This document shows positions 10,589-23,500 of a DNA stretch of 64,000 bases, piece after piece. Positions within the stretch are counted from its first letter, which is position 1. Each line of letters opens with the position of its first letter. The notes under the pieces are model-generated. The model saw nothing but the letters and a program-made list of their open reading frames with translations, did no database searches and was not told the origin of the DNA. The position numbers and the translations under genes are program-made. Source of the DNA: Chiloscyllium plagiosum (lineage: Eukaryota); assembly GCF_004010195.1 (NCBI RefSeq), contig NC_057746.1:15426974-15490973 (forward strand), in the 5' to 3' direction.

Positions 10589-13500
10589 GAGGTTGGTGCA
10601 ATGTCAGAGATCCAACGTATGGAAACCCGGCACTGTCAGACATCATCTGCTAAGCTTCTGATAGTGAGGCACACTTAAGCCTGTATAATTACGAGTGCAG
10701 CATTCCAGAAGTACTGATAATCTGGTAGTGCCTCCGTCTCATTGCTGACTCACGAACAATGCATTATGTCGTCTCTCCAGACCCTATTCCAGTACTCATC
10801 CTTCTCATACAGCAGCGATCACTTAATTATTTTCTTCTTACAGTGCCGCACTCTGCCAGTACTGACCATCTGATGTTGCACCGTTGCCTTAATACTGGCT
10901 TTCCGGCATTGCAGAAATCCCACAGTACTGTTTAAGATGGAGTGGCATCCTTTTCTTAGACACACTGTGACAATGTAGCACTCCCTCAGTTCTGGTATAC
11001 TGAGAGTGCTGCACTTCTTCACTGAACACTCTGTACCAGTGCAGCACGCATTCTCTATGAGCTTTCTGACAATGCGGGAACTCCCTCAGTACTGCCTTTT
11101 GGCCAGTGCAGCATACTGTTTAACTTCCTTAGTTAAAAATCTTTGACAGTGCAGTGCTGTTTTCGTGCTGATTGGGAAACAGTGCAGCATACTCTTTCTG
11201 CTATCCGTCTGACAATGTAACACTCTCATTCCTGAACGTTTGATGGTGGAGCATTCCGTCAGTTCTGACCATCTGTCAGAAACTCTGTCTCAGCGCTGAC
11301 TCACAACAGAATAGTATATACTTTCCCTTGACTTTCTCAAAGTCTGGCACAACCTCAAAATTAATCCTTATGATAGATTGGCGATCACTTAATACTTTCC
11401 CTCTGACATTGAGGAACCCTCTTTGTACTGACTGTCTGACAGCACAGAGATCTCTCAGTCCTGGCTTTCTCCCATTGCAGCACTGCCCCAGTACTGGCAC
11501 TGTCTAACTTATGGAGTGCTGCGATTTCAGAGGATCCGAACTGAGGGAGTTCTGAACTGTGAGAGAGTCAGTACTGGGAGAATGAGGCACTGTATGAGTG
11601 TCACTACTGAGTGATTGTTGCACCGCAGGAGGGTCAGTACTGAAGAATTGTTGCACTGCAGGAGGTACCTTCTTGAAATATCAAAGGAAGTTGCACTTCC
11701 TCTGATCAGGATAATATTAATGTTCTTATGACAGTACTTCGAGGAAGATAAGGTAACATTTCATTTTTGAAGTGGCACATATTTAGGTTTTCATCAGCAT
11801 AAGGTACATTCTGGCGTTTCTCTGAAATGGTTGGTCTTGCTCACTGAGGAAGTGTGCACATCTGCAGACTTCAGTGGAAATCACAGAACAGAATGCATCC
11901 TCATTCCTTGTGGAATGTAGGAGTGATGCACTGTTCCAAGGAAGAATGCCTAAAATGATAACAAAATACATATGAAGCACAAGCAAAAACGAAATAGGAT
12001 TATAACAGGAATAATGTTTAATATACAGGTTAAGATCACCATCATCACTCTGCTCTTACTATTCCTCTACAGATACTGACAGACGAATCTAACCCACCTT
12101 TCTACCTCTGTATTTGTAACAAAGTAAAATTGAAAGCTTCAAACAAGCTCAAAATTGGCCACAGAAGGTCTAAATCAGATTTTAAGAATTACCAATGTCA
12201 GACTACAAATAATCCGTTCTCGACATCAGTTTGCAACTGCAACTTCAGAGATAGCATTTTTTACATCGTACAATAACTTTAGTAGAGCAAAATTAAACAA
12301 CAAAATAATCGAATTGGCCTATGTTTTGAAGACAAAATCTTTATTTTCAGCGCTTTCACACAAAATGGCGTCATGAAAACACTGTTATTGGATAGTTAAA
12401 AGGAAATAACAAATCTGGTAAAATTACTCAAACGCTTTTGTAGATCTGTTGTTCTACAGACATAAAAGATGGCCTATTGGTTGCTTTTCTGAAGAAATCT
12501 ATCAAAGTCAAGACCAGTTATTTTACATAAAGGCAATAACACTTTTTACTTAGGTCTGCATTCTCTAAGCATCCAGGAAGGGATAAAGGATGTGAGGAAT
12601 GAAGCATTCACATTAACATTGCAAAAGCCATAGCCACACTGAACCTTTTTGGGAAAAAAAAGTTGTCCAAAATGTAATTCGAACTCTGACCACACCCTGC
12701 CAGACTGAACATCTGCCACAAGAGTTCTCGCATGTCCCTTAATATCTTCTACTTGATTGAACATACGGTTTCTTCCAGACTGGCTGTCACCAATTTCCAT
12801 GTACCAACATGATTAACAGTCAATTTATTTTATCTATTTAAACACAATGGTCTTGAAGAGTGGTGAACAGTCTGCAGAACATTTTGATCAATAAGAAACC
12901 TACAAACAATTTCCAGGCCTGGAGTCATGAATAAATAAAGGCATGTTTTCTATTCTTTTTCATAAAAATTATTACCCATAGTCCAAAGGTCATCTTCTGC
13001 TCACAATTTCAACTTCACAGCTCTGAAACAACAATGATTTTTTTTTAAAAAGTGAAAACAAAATCAATTGCAATCACAGAGGGCAGGCATGATAGAGACA
13101 TGATTGGAGCCGAGTTTTATGTGAGGCACTCTGTGACTCAAGTGTGGGGTGAAGGTGAGGAGTCAGGAAAATACAACTTGGCCAGCTCTAATGTCTCAAT
13201 AATCTAATTGTTTTAAATGTGAAATTAATTGGGTCTATTTTAAGTGCCATTATGTTCATTTGGCGTTTTGTGTTAAAAATATTTAGCTACTGGATTTATT
13301 TGCGAGGGAAAGGAAATCATTTCAGTCAAAAGAAATATCAATATTAACCTAATGTTTCTTTTTACAATAATTGTGTAAGCCTTCCTGCATTCAGAACAGT
13401 TATTAATCTTTTCCTCGGTTTCTACACATACTGAGAATTCAGTGACATAAATTTCACATAAAGTCCTCATATCTTTATGAAGCATTTTGAGCAAACCAGT

Positions 13501-14812
13501 GAACACAGCAAAGCAGTAAGTCTGTTGTCAATTAATCCTGCTCAGGAATGCACTCCCCAGTGGAGGCAAGCATCCTCAAAATTTGTTCATCAAAATTCAC
13601 CGATGATGCAGAGTTAATATCCAATTTTCACACTCGATTGAAAAGCAAAAGTAAAAGTCCTTATTTGTTTTCTGCTGGAAATATCACAGGACATGTGTAG
13701 CCATTGCCAGCAGGAGGTTGCATTTAAAAAGAAATGGCACAGATTTTGCAGCAGTAAAACCCGTTGAAACAGAGTTGATAGACAATATTTAACGAGTTAG
13801 GACAGGGTTTTTGATAGTATATAAATTTTATAGCCATTAACAGACACCTTCATAGCTTTCAAAGCACAATTTATTTATTCACAATTTCAAAAGATAGCAT
13901 TTTTGTTTTCATCGGTGCTTTAACATCTACCTTTCTGTGCATCTATAATTTATCTGTTTTCCATCGATAACTTAATTTAACTTCAAAGCACCAGCATTTA
14001 TTTCACTTTCTGGTTTGCTGCTGATGAGAATACCTCAACGTAATTGGCTCTCCATTACACTTAATAAAAGCACACAATCAACTTGGTGAAAAAGTTTGCT
14101 AACTTGAAGTGGGGAGATGGGAAATCCATGCCGACAGTGGACCACCGCACTCTTCTGAATTACTTTCTTCAATGACAATCTTTGGTGGACCTCCATCAGG
14201 ACATGATATTCCTTTACATCTGGGGTGGCAAGATGGGTTTGTCGAACTTCTTTGGGGAATTAGCATCCAGGAAAGGTTCTTAATCTTGCTGACTTGTCAG
14301 GAGTCAGCTTGTTCTTACCCTGTTGGATGTGAAACAGTGGGGATCTTTGCTTCACATCTGCCTTTGACTGAATCTTTTTGGGAATGGATGGTTCCTATTT
14401 TTCTGAGGGAAGGAGAACAATGGCACACGAGTTAATGTTCAACCCTTCCCTCATTTGTCTGTATGTTCAGTGTTAACATGAGTTTGTAGAACTAAAAGAA
14501 TGAAAGTCTTCTTCACTCATGACCACTTATACTGTAATCATTAACTAATTAAACTATTAATGATTAACTAATTACAGCTAATTGGTCTAAGAGATTGATG
14601 AGAGAATTTCTAATTTAAGCCGAATCCTTCTGGCAAAGATATTGAAGTTTGCAAGAGCAGTTGGATTTGAATTCGTTTGCTGTTGGAAGATCCATAAGTG
14701 GCCAGATGACTTTTAACTTCAACATGTCTGAAGCCGAGCTCCTAATCAATATTTCTTTTCTTTTTCTTTTATCTGGGCCTCGTCAGTGTTACCTGTCCAT
14801 CAGGGTGAACTC

Positions 14813-16216
14813 ATGAAAAAACCGACAGAAACGAATGAATCTCTCAGTTACCAGACAACGTCATTTGACCCTGAAAGACGGAGTTCTTACGCAATGGGCG
14901 AAGTAATTTGCATTGCCACTGTGACAGGATCTCTAAGTGTGGTAACCATCGTTGAGAACGTTCTCGTCATTATTTCCATCAAAATAAACAGGCATTTGCA
15001 AACTATTAACAACTACTTCATTTTCAGCTTAGCCTGCGCTGATATTACTGTTGGTGTAACCATGAATCTATTCACCATTTACAGTCTCATTGGCGACTGG
15101 CCTCTGGGGCCAGTGGTGTGTGATTTATGGCTTACTATCGATTACGTTGTCACCAATGCCTCTTCCATGAATCTCCTTATCATTAGCTTTGACCGCTACT
15201 TCTGTGTGACCAAACCCCTTAGCTACCCCGTAAGGAGGACGCCAAAGGTTGCAGGGATGATGATCGCAGCTGCTTGGGTGCTGTCATTTCTCTTGTGGGC
15301 TCCTGCCATTCTCTTCTGGCAGTTTATCGTAGGGCAGAGAACAGTAAGTGAAGGAGAATGTTATATACAGTTCTTCTCCAATCCTGCTGTCACTTTCGGC
15401 ACTTCAATAGCTGCCTTCTATCTCCCAGTCACTATCATGGTGACTTTGTACATTTCAATATCACGTGCTAGCAAAAGTCGAATGAAGATGGATAAAAAGA
15501 ATTGGTCTCAATCGAATAAGGAACCAGTTTCTCCCAGTCTGGAGGTGGGTAAGAGACAGATATCGAGTCAGAGGAACATATCAAATGCTTCTGATGGGCT
15601 GCCATAAGTGAAAACGCAAAATGGTATAATAAGTCATGGAATCATAATTGATCATTTTGGTGAAAGAGTGGAAGCGGTCTGGAGTGAGTCAACTTCTTCC
15701 AGCACAATTTCATTAAACAGAAACGTGGAAGCGTCTGTCCATGAGAATGGAAATGCCTGCCCTCCGATGGATAACTGCAAACTCTCTTATTTAAAGATGG
15801 CTAATACGTCACAAAACAGTAACGACAATGGAACCACACCAGGAATTAATTGCAGACATTAGTAGCAATAACGAGAAAGACAGAGAGATTACGGAAAGAC
15901 AAAAAATCGATAAAACAATTTATAAGACTGTTCAGAAGAGGAATGTAACTGTAACCAAAGGAAGAAAGTGACAAGGACCATTCTGGCTATTCTCCTGGCA
16001 TTCATTGTCACTTGGAGTCCATTCTATGTTATGGTGCTCATTCGCACGTTCTGTTCCTTTTGTTTTCCAGGGAAAATTTGGGATATCGGATATTGAATAT
16101 TTTACATCAACAGCACTGTCAATCCAGCCTGCTTTGCACTCTGTAATGCTACTTTCAAGAAAACTTTCAAACACCTTCTCTTGTGCCAGTACAAGGACGT
16201 TGGTGCTAAAAACTAA
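14813..16216 (+). pseudogene. CHRM2: Muscarinic acetylcholine receptor M2-like pseudogene (single coding exon)
   Basis: [95 protein letters not shown]. Lesions: TAA 15605-07, frameshifts near 15842 and 15960, TGA 16094-96. Acceptor AG at 14785-86. A paralogue, not necessarily the true orthologue. Confidence 0.93.
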
Positions 16217-19200
16217 AAAAAAGAACCACAAGAAAAATATTCTGAGTACTCCATGTAAAGTAATGATGGTGATTTTCAAATATACATATTTAAATCTATG
16301 GGGATGCGATGTGCTTTCTGCGTCAGAGAAGACTGAGTAGACCTTTTGAATTATCATTTTAGAAGCAACCTTTAATTTTATTCAATTAATTAGTAATACC
16401 TGTTATAACTGTTTTTACGATTTGTGACTAAACTAAGAGATGAAGATAATTGATCATTGTGGTGAATGAAAGGAGAAGGAGGTCATTATTTCCAATGTTA
16501 TCCAATAAAAGCAAGTTAATAATCAGCTGAATTCTCTTACATAGTGAGCAGCGTACTGTGGACAGCGGTTGTCACAGTTGGACAAGTCGTTTTTATATAG
16601 GGTTATAGCCAAATCCACTTGATTAGATCATCTCTTTTTTGGATCAAGCAGACTCGAGGTGAGTGTCCATGTAGTCCCAAGAATTTAGTCTCCCCGCTGA
16701 ATGAATAACAGCCAAAGAGCTGCATTTAGGGCAGAACCAAGTGTAAACTAATTGAATATATTTATTTAAATAAGGCAATGCCTAACGTTTTTCCAGCGCT
16801 CTCGCCTCTGTTAACATGTCTAACCTGGTCCGCTTCAGTTGATTGGATTCCAGCTTATTCATTGTTGTGAGAACAAACGTTTGCAGCCAGAAACCAATCC
16901 ATGGCTTGAAGCCACACATGTGTGACGTGCAAATCTACAAACTCACAGTCACATATTTCAGGCTGATACCAACGCAACAAACTCATTCATCTCATGTGTT
17001 TATGATCTGTGTCATCATTGAACGAAAATTAGTAAGAATATAGCCTTGACTTCAATGTTCACTGAACAAGTAAGCTCACTGCCTTTGTGGATTACAGGCA
17101 GATTCGATCTGATCACTTCGGTCTTTCAAATCCCACATCTTCTCGGTTGGAGAGCTTGCCTTCCTCAGCTTCCATGGCCCACTCACTTCGTGTGCATCTC
17201 GGCTCAATGCCATCCCTCAGACTTGCTTCATGTGAATCAAGTCAGAAGCTAATCTTTCAGGCTTTCCCAGGTACCCTTTCCTTTTTGGTTCATTTCTGCA
17301 AACTGAAAAGATCAAATTGAAACATTGCAGATTGAGCCCTGTACAATGCACTGTGTGGACGTTAATTTAAAAACGTCTTTCTGAGACACAATAGATATAT
17401 CATTCCTCGCACAATTGCACGATTGTCAGGTGTGGCCAGAACCACTAGGAACCAATAAACGCTCGGCCCCCAAATCAGTGATTTGGAGCCATGACCCTGA
17501 AATGATTCCAACGTTATTATATACAAATGGGATGAACTTTCGGAAGATATAATTTGCTGAATTTCCAAGTGGACGTGTTCACTTCTCGAATGACTCAATT
17601 TTCCAAATATTGGTGTGCATACTTCAAGCTAAGCTGATATGCAATCACCTCCGAACTCAGCCCCTGCTAAACCAGAAGACGCACTTTTCAGTATAAACAA
17701 AGAAGTCAATTTGTCTAATAATGTTGCTGACTCGCAATGATATTCCTCATTACCCCCTCGAGAGAAACTCAACAACATCTGTCTTATGTATTTAGTGTCG
17801 TTCTAAAGCACAAAGCAGGAACAATTACGAAAATATTGTTCAGCAACATTGGGTGACAGGAAAAATGCCATTGGTATAATAGACGGAGAAACGTTTTGTG
17901 AGATTGAGTGTGCAGTTGGAGGCACTTTATGCAATACTCTGCTATGGTTTGGAGGGGCGGGAAAATTGCCATGAACAAACAATCTGTGTAACCGATACAA
18001 GAAGTGCTCTTGTTTTCTTCCAAAGAACGCCAGCAGCAAAGGATTGAAAGGTCAACATTATCAGTGCATTCATATCTGACAAAAACTGAGTTAATATGTA
18101 AGTCTGCAAATGGGGTCTACAGCCACGTTGGAACACACCATAGCTAACTCTTCACAGCCTGGAAACAACCGAAGTAGGAAAACTAGTTAAAGGAGGCAGC
18201 GTTACGAGCAATTTTCAGAATAAACATTTAGGGACCAATGTTCGAAAAAAAAACATGGAAAAGGCGATATCAGACTTAACTATTATCCAACATTATGGAA
18301 TACAAGATGAGTTTTGACCAGTGCCATCCGTTCACATGTTTCAGAGATTATTCTTTCCATTCCTGGTTCTCTTCCTTGCTCTCATCAGGTGCATTAAAAA
18401 GGTCTTCCGCAGCTTTTTGTTTCACTAATAAAAGTTCAATAGCACCCATTTGTCTTCCTTATCTCAGACTTGGCCCTTTCAATCTAATTAAATTGGTTTG
18501 TCATTTTTCCCATCATTTGAAAGAGCCACTCCCTGTTCTGCTATACAAATAAACGAGATACAAAATCCTGAACTTTCATCTCCTTCCTTCCCACCACCAA
18601 AGGTCCCAAACAAATGAATGCAGTTGAATCACTGACTGTTTTTGTTTTATTTCTCCAAATGGTCAATTATATCTCCTGTTCACAATGTTATCTCCTTTCT
18701 ATTGAAGGTATCAAATGCAGATTGAAATATTATTCCTGTACACTACTGTTCAGTCCTCAGTCTTTGTCCTCAATCTTTTTCGTCAGCTTCCAGTTGCATT
18801 GACATTTTGCTTTCACTCTATGCAGTCTACCCTCAATCTCCGATGTTAGTATACCTTTAAGCTCAAATGAAGAATGCCATTTTATATTTGTTGAATATAT
18901 AACTTTAAATCTTGCAAGATATTGTTTATATATATCATGACGTAAGTACTGCTCCCATTCTCTTGGAAAGTACACACAGATATTGAAGGATGGTTATGCA
19001 CAGCCCCTGAAAGTGGAGGGGATGTGGTTATGTTCCTGGGGTGGGGATTGCCTCATGAGGTACCTGGCTATGAAAAGGTACACAGTCCTGGAATCCACTA
19101 TTGTCATAAATCTGGGAATAGCAGGATGTGATTTCTGAGGTGTTACCCAATGGGTGGTGTCAAATGTGAATAGCTAGACCTCAAGTATTGAAAGTTGAGT

Positions 19201-21091
19201 CACCCCAATAATCACAGCCAACTTACTTGAAGTAAGTACCGTTAACAGGATGGTTGTTTTACTCATGCAGAGAAATGCTAATAATATAGCTTGAATTCCT
19301 GGAGCTTACAATGAAGACTATTAAGACTCAAGTAATTGTTTTGGGTCTGGGTTCAAACGGAGGCCAGACCAGGTGAGGACAGCAGTCTCTTTTCTAAAGG
19401 AAAGCGAATGAACCAGATGTTTTTATTTCCAACAAATGACAACAGTTTCATGGTCACCATTAGATTTTTGATTTTTTTAATGTGATTGAATTCAAATTCA
19501 CCGTCTGCTATGGGAGGATTCAAACCCTGAGAACATTAATTTAATAAATGAATTCATCTTTTTTAAATTTGTATTTCTGTCATGATTTTTAAAATTAAAT
19601 TTTGAACAAGTCACTGCGTTATTTCTTGAAGTGTTTTAGCTCTTTCGTCCACTAAGATAGACATATATTATTGTATTGGTTCCTTGACTATTTCCTTGCA
19701 TGCCATTATAAATTTCCTGACTCTACTGAAATGGAACCACGTTGGTTTTTGCTAAACATTTCCATTATAAATATTTAGTGCAGAAGTTGCAGTACATTGT
19801 TACGTTTTTGCTTTTTTTTTCATTGTTTTACTCTGTTATTATTTGAGAAAATCACTGTTCATATACTCCTTAGGCAAACTTTGTTTGGTAACTTAGTATG
19901 ACACTTCTTTTGAACAGATACAATCCTCATTGGCAACAGTTAGAACACTTCCATTGTTGGGTTTCTGTTCATTGCGAAAATGTATTTTATTCTTAGTTAT
20001 GTATTAGTTCCTCAGATGTTAGACATTGTTCGTCGACAATTAGGTATTCTATTGCATTTTCCTCATCAACTATGGCCAATCTTCCCCTCTGATCTTCATA
20101 GCTTAATTTGTCTAGATTTAAGGCTGTGGTTTCTGATTTTACACTTAATATGACATTTCTCATGTTATGGTCACACTTTCTTAAATTATCATTTGCAACA
20201 AAATTATTAGCTGCCCATTTTATGTTGCATATATGATACAGTCTAAAATAGTCTTCTACCTAGATGACTTCCCAGTGGACAGCTCTAGAAAGATATTTCA
20301 AATACATTTGAAGGATAGCACAAATACACAAATAGCATTAGTATTAATTATGTTCAGCTGGTTCATATATCAATTGAAATCGTCCATAATTATTGTGTCT
20401 TCCTGTCAAAAGCCCCTCTAATTTCCAAAATACAATTTACTTTCTTGCTAATTTTTATACCCTTAAATTAACAGAGCTATCCCAACAAAATTTTCTAGCC
20501 TACCATCATTCCTTAATATCACTAAAACAGAGAGTCCAGTCTGAGCATTTTTGTTTTTGCCACCACTCTATTAGAACTACCATATTATGCTTATGAATTT
20601 ATATATAAGTTGATAATTCATGCCTGCATTGCAAATTCCTTAATTCAGTGTTGTTTTAACTGACTTTTCAGTTTTCATTTTTTGTATTTCCTGCTGTCCT
20701 CTGATCATTATTTTATTGTTACCTTGATTCATTACCGTTTCCTTTTCATTTAGCTTACTGAACAATGCACATATATGCTCCCTTGTCCCCCAAACATTTA
20801 AAAGTATTATATCCTACAATTTAAATTATTTACCCAGAACACAGAATCCAGCACTGTTTAGTAGAAGCCCAACACAGCAGTATAGCCCCATTTTTTCCAG
20901 TAATCATGTCAAGTCACCACAAAATAGAAATTCGCATTTGCAAAGCAGCCATTGAGCAGTTTGATGCTGATTTCTGTACCATGACAAGACTTGGAAAATG
21001 TTAACCTCCGATTAAACCCTAAAAATAGTCACAGGGAATATATAATCAGTAACTTCCAAGCATTTTTGTTTCACCATTCTGTCTCTTGCAG

Positions 21092-22054
21092 TGAATTTAG
21101 GGGCAATTGTCATCCTATATTCGAGGAAGTGTGGCCTCTCCACTTGCACCACGTCCTACCTATTGGCTGTGGCAACAGCAGATCTATTGGGCATCATCTC
21201 TTCTATCATATTGCATCAGCTCTTGTCTTATTACTTCCCAGTATCTTTTCTAGAGATCACTCCTGTGTGTAATATTATATTTATCCTTCTTTACGTAGGC
21301 ACTGAATGTTCTGTCTGGTTCGTTGTAATTTTCTCATTTGATCGATTTGTCGCCATTTGTTGCCAGAAGTTGAAAAGGAAGTCTTGCTCTGGCAAAACTG
21401 CAGTTGTAGTTCTATCAATCACATTCATTCTGATCTGTTTCAAAAATGTCCCAATTCTATTTCATACTTGAACCTCAAGAGATCATTGATGGTGCTCCTT
21501 GGTTTTGTAAGGAAAAGACAAGCTATTACACAAATCCTGCATGGGTGGCATTTGATTGGTTTGATAAGATTTTCATAACATTGATCCCATATGCTTTAAT
21601 TCTGATCATCAATGTCCTCACAATCAGACACATTTTTATGATGAGTTGTGTCCGCAAGTGACTCAGGCATCAGAGTACTGGAGGATACTACAGTGACACA
21701 GAGGTTGAGAGCAGAAGGAATTCTGCAGTTTTATTCTTCACAATATCAGACAGTTTCATTTTTCTTTGGCTTTTATTTGTTATATACTTCTGATGTTGTA
21801 CCTTTGCAGGAAATATTTCTGGAAATTACAATGATTCCTTAAACATCTTTGCAGACGTTGGTGTCATTTTGGCAGATTTAAATTGCTGCACATATGCATT
21901 TATTTATGTTGCCACTGAATCCAAGTTCAGGGAGCAGTTCAAGAGTGCTGTAAAATCTTCATGTGCATCAATGTTTCACTTTCTTAACAAGAGCTGGGAG
22001 CCCCATGTTTCCAGTAACATTCATCCTCCTATAACTACAAGGTTCCATAGGTAG
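21092..22054 (+). pseudogene. GPR139: GPR139/GPR142-like GPCR pseudogene, main exon
   Basis: Acceptor TCTCTTGCAG ending 21091; NLGAIVILYSRKCGLS, YLLAVATADLL, CSVWFVVIFSFDRFVAICCQKLK, FIYVATESKFREQF; frameshift ~21460, stops 21659-61 and 21791-93. Family-level call only. Confidence 0.85.
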
Positions 22055-23294
22055 AACACGATCAGTGGTAGTGGAGTCGGGACTGCAAGGGAGGATTCTG
22101 GTTAGGTATCCTGAGTAGTGGGGATTTTGGAAGGGAGAGTCTGAGCTCACATTGAAGCAGATGGTGTAAATGAGTCACTGCAGTCGTTCCTCCTTGCTTA
22201 TTATTTCTCTTCTCCTTGTCTCTCATTTCTGTTCCTTGGATTGGAAAACGTTTGTTTAAAAATAAATTTAAAAATGTATAAAATCACTTGCGTCAATAAT
22301 TTGTATTTCTTTCACATTAATTCATACGATAATTAATTGCATGGACGTCAATTTCATTCTTTCATTTGTATTTGGTAGCGCTGGTATGTTAAAGGCCTGA
22401 GCCCATAGGATTTGACCAAGTTGCATACTTCCCCCCTTTCTCCACTTTCTCTCTCGCCTCCCAAAACCCACCCCCACCCCCACCCCCTCTCTTTTACTCA
22501 CTTTCCATCTATCTATTTCTCTTTTCTTTCACTTTCTCACGTCTTGGGGAACCAGGAGCATTGTTAATACTTTATCGTCTTCAGCAGTGGCACTGCCAAT
22601 TGAGGACTCCTGGCTTCAGTAGGTTTGCAGCCTGGACTCGGGAATTCTGTGCCGTCGGCTATGGAGGAGCTTGATGCCGACAGCAGCGCTGTGGCAGTCC
22701 CACACCGGGGGTAGATAGGTCATCAGCTGTACTAGTGCTTGATGCTCAGTGAGTCATTGTCTACACTGATGGGGTTGTGTCCTTTAGGCAGTATATGCTT
22801 GAGTTCGGTGCGGACAACTTTAAACACATCTGATTGATGACTCCACTACCACTTTTTTTTCCTACAAAGCATCCTCGGAAGGCAAAAGTTCTCCCATCTC
22901 TTACCAAAAAGTCTAACATTTAGTGTTAAAGTTGGATTCTCTAATTCTGGAATCTCTCACAAGAGAACACATGCTTAGCACATTCTTATCAAAGCCATAG
23001 AATTCGCATGGTTTGACGAAGTCACCACTAACTCTTCTATACTCCAATGAAGTCAATTACATTCACTCTCAACTTTCCTTTCATAAAACATATTAGTCCC
23101 AGATATTAATCTACTAAATGACCTTTGAAGAGCCATCCAATGCTGTTAATTCCTTTGTTCGATAAAGTTGTGAAGTTGAAGGCATCTACTGTAACTTTAA
23201 GAGAGAGTGAATGCTATTTTACATTGAAAACTTACATCAACTGTTGTATGATTAGCTGACAGTCTCAGGGTATAGTCTAAATTTGAAAATATGT

Positions 23295-23500
23295 GCCTTT
23301 CCTCCGGGTATTCCGGTTTCTTCCCACAGTCCAAAGATGTGCAGGTTAGGTGAATTGGCCATGTAAATTGCCTGTACTGTTAGGTGGATTAGTCACGGGT
23401 AAATATAGTGGGGTGAGTTTCTCTTCAGAGGGTCGGTGTGGACTTGTTGGGCGGAAGGGCCTGTTTCCACGCTGTAGGTAATCTAGGTAATCTAGGTAAT
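23295..23500 (+). mobile_element. 5'-truncated tRNA-derived SINE inside the LTR
   Basis: TCCCACAGTCCAAAGATGTGCAGGTTAGG core and (GGTAATCTA)n tail. Confidence 0.85.

Larger units (their letters stand above)
3820..11670. repeat. Degenerate ~33-bp satellite array (consensus CAGTACTGAGGGAGTGCTGCACTGTCAGAGGGT)
   Basis: Many diverged copies; + orientation to ~10640, inverted ~10650-11505, + again ~11510-11670; interrupted by a CR1/PLE insert, a SINE and an N gap. Confidence 0.9.

Noticed and set aside
10389-10661. Poly-glycine ORF
   Set aside because: Produced by the G42 homopolymer within satellite
3820-11670. Cys/His-rich short ORFs and a CRISPR-like periodicity
   Set aside because: These are translations of the satellite (VLHCQRVSTEG). 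Units are contiguous and degenerate, with no unique spacers or cas genes, in eukaryotic DNA
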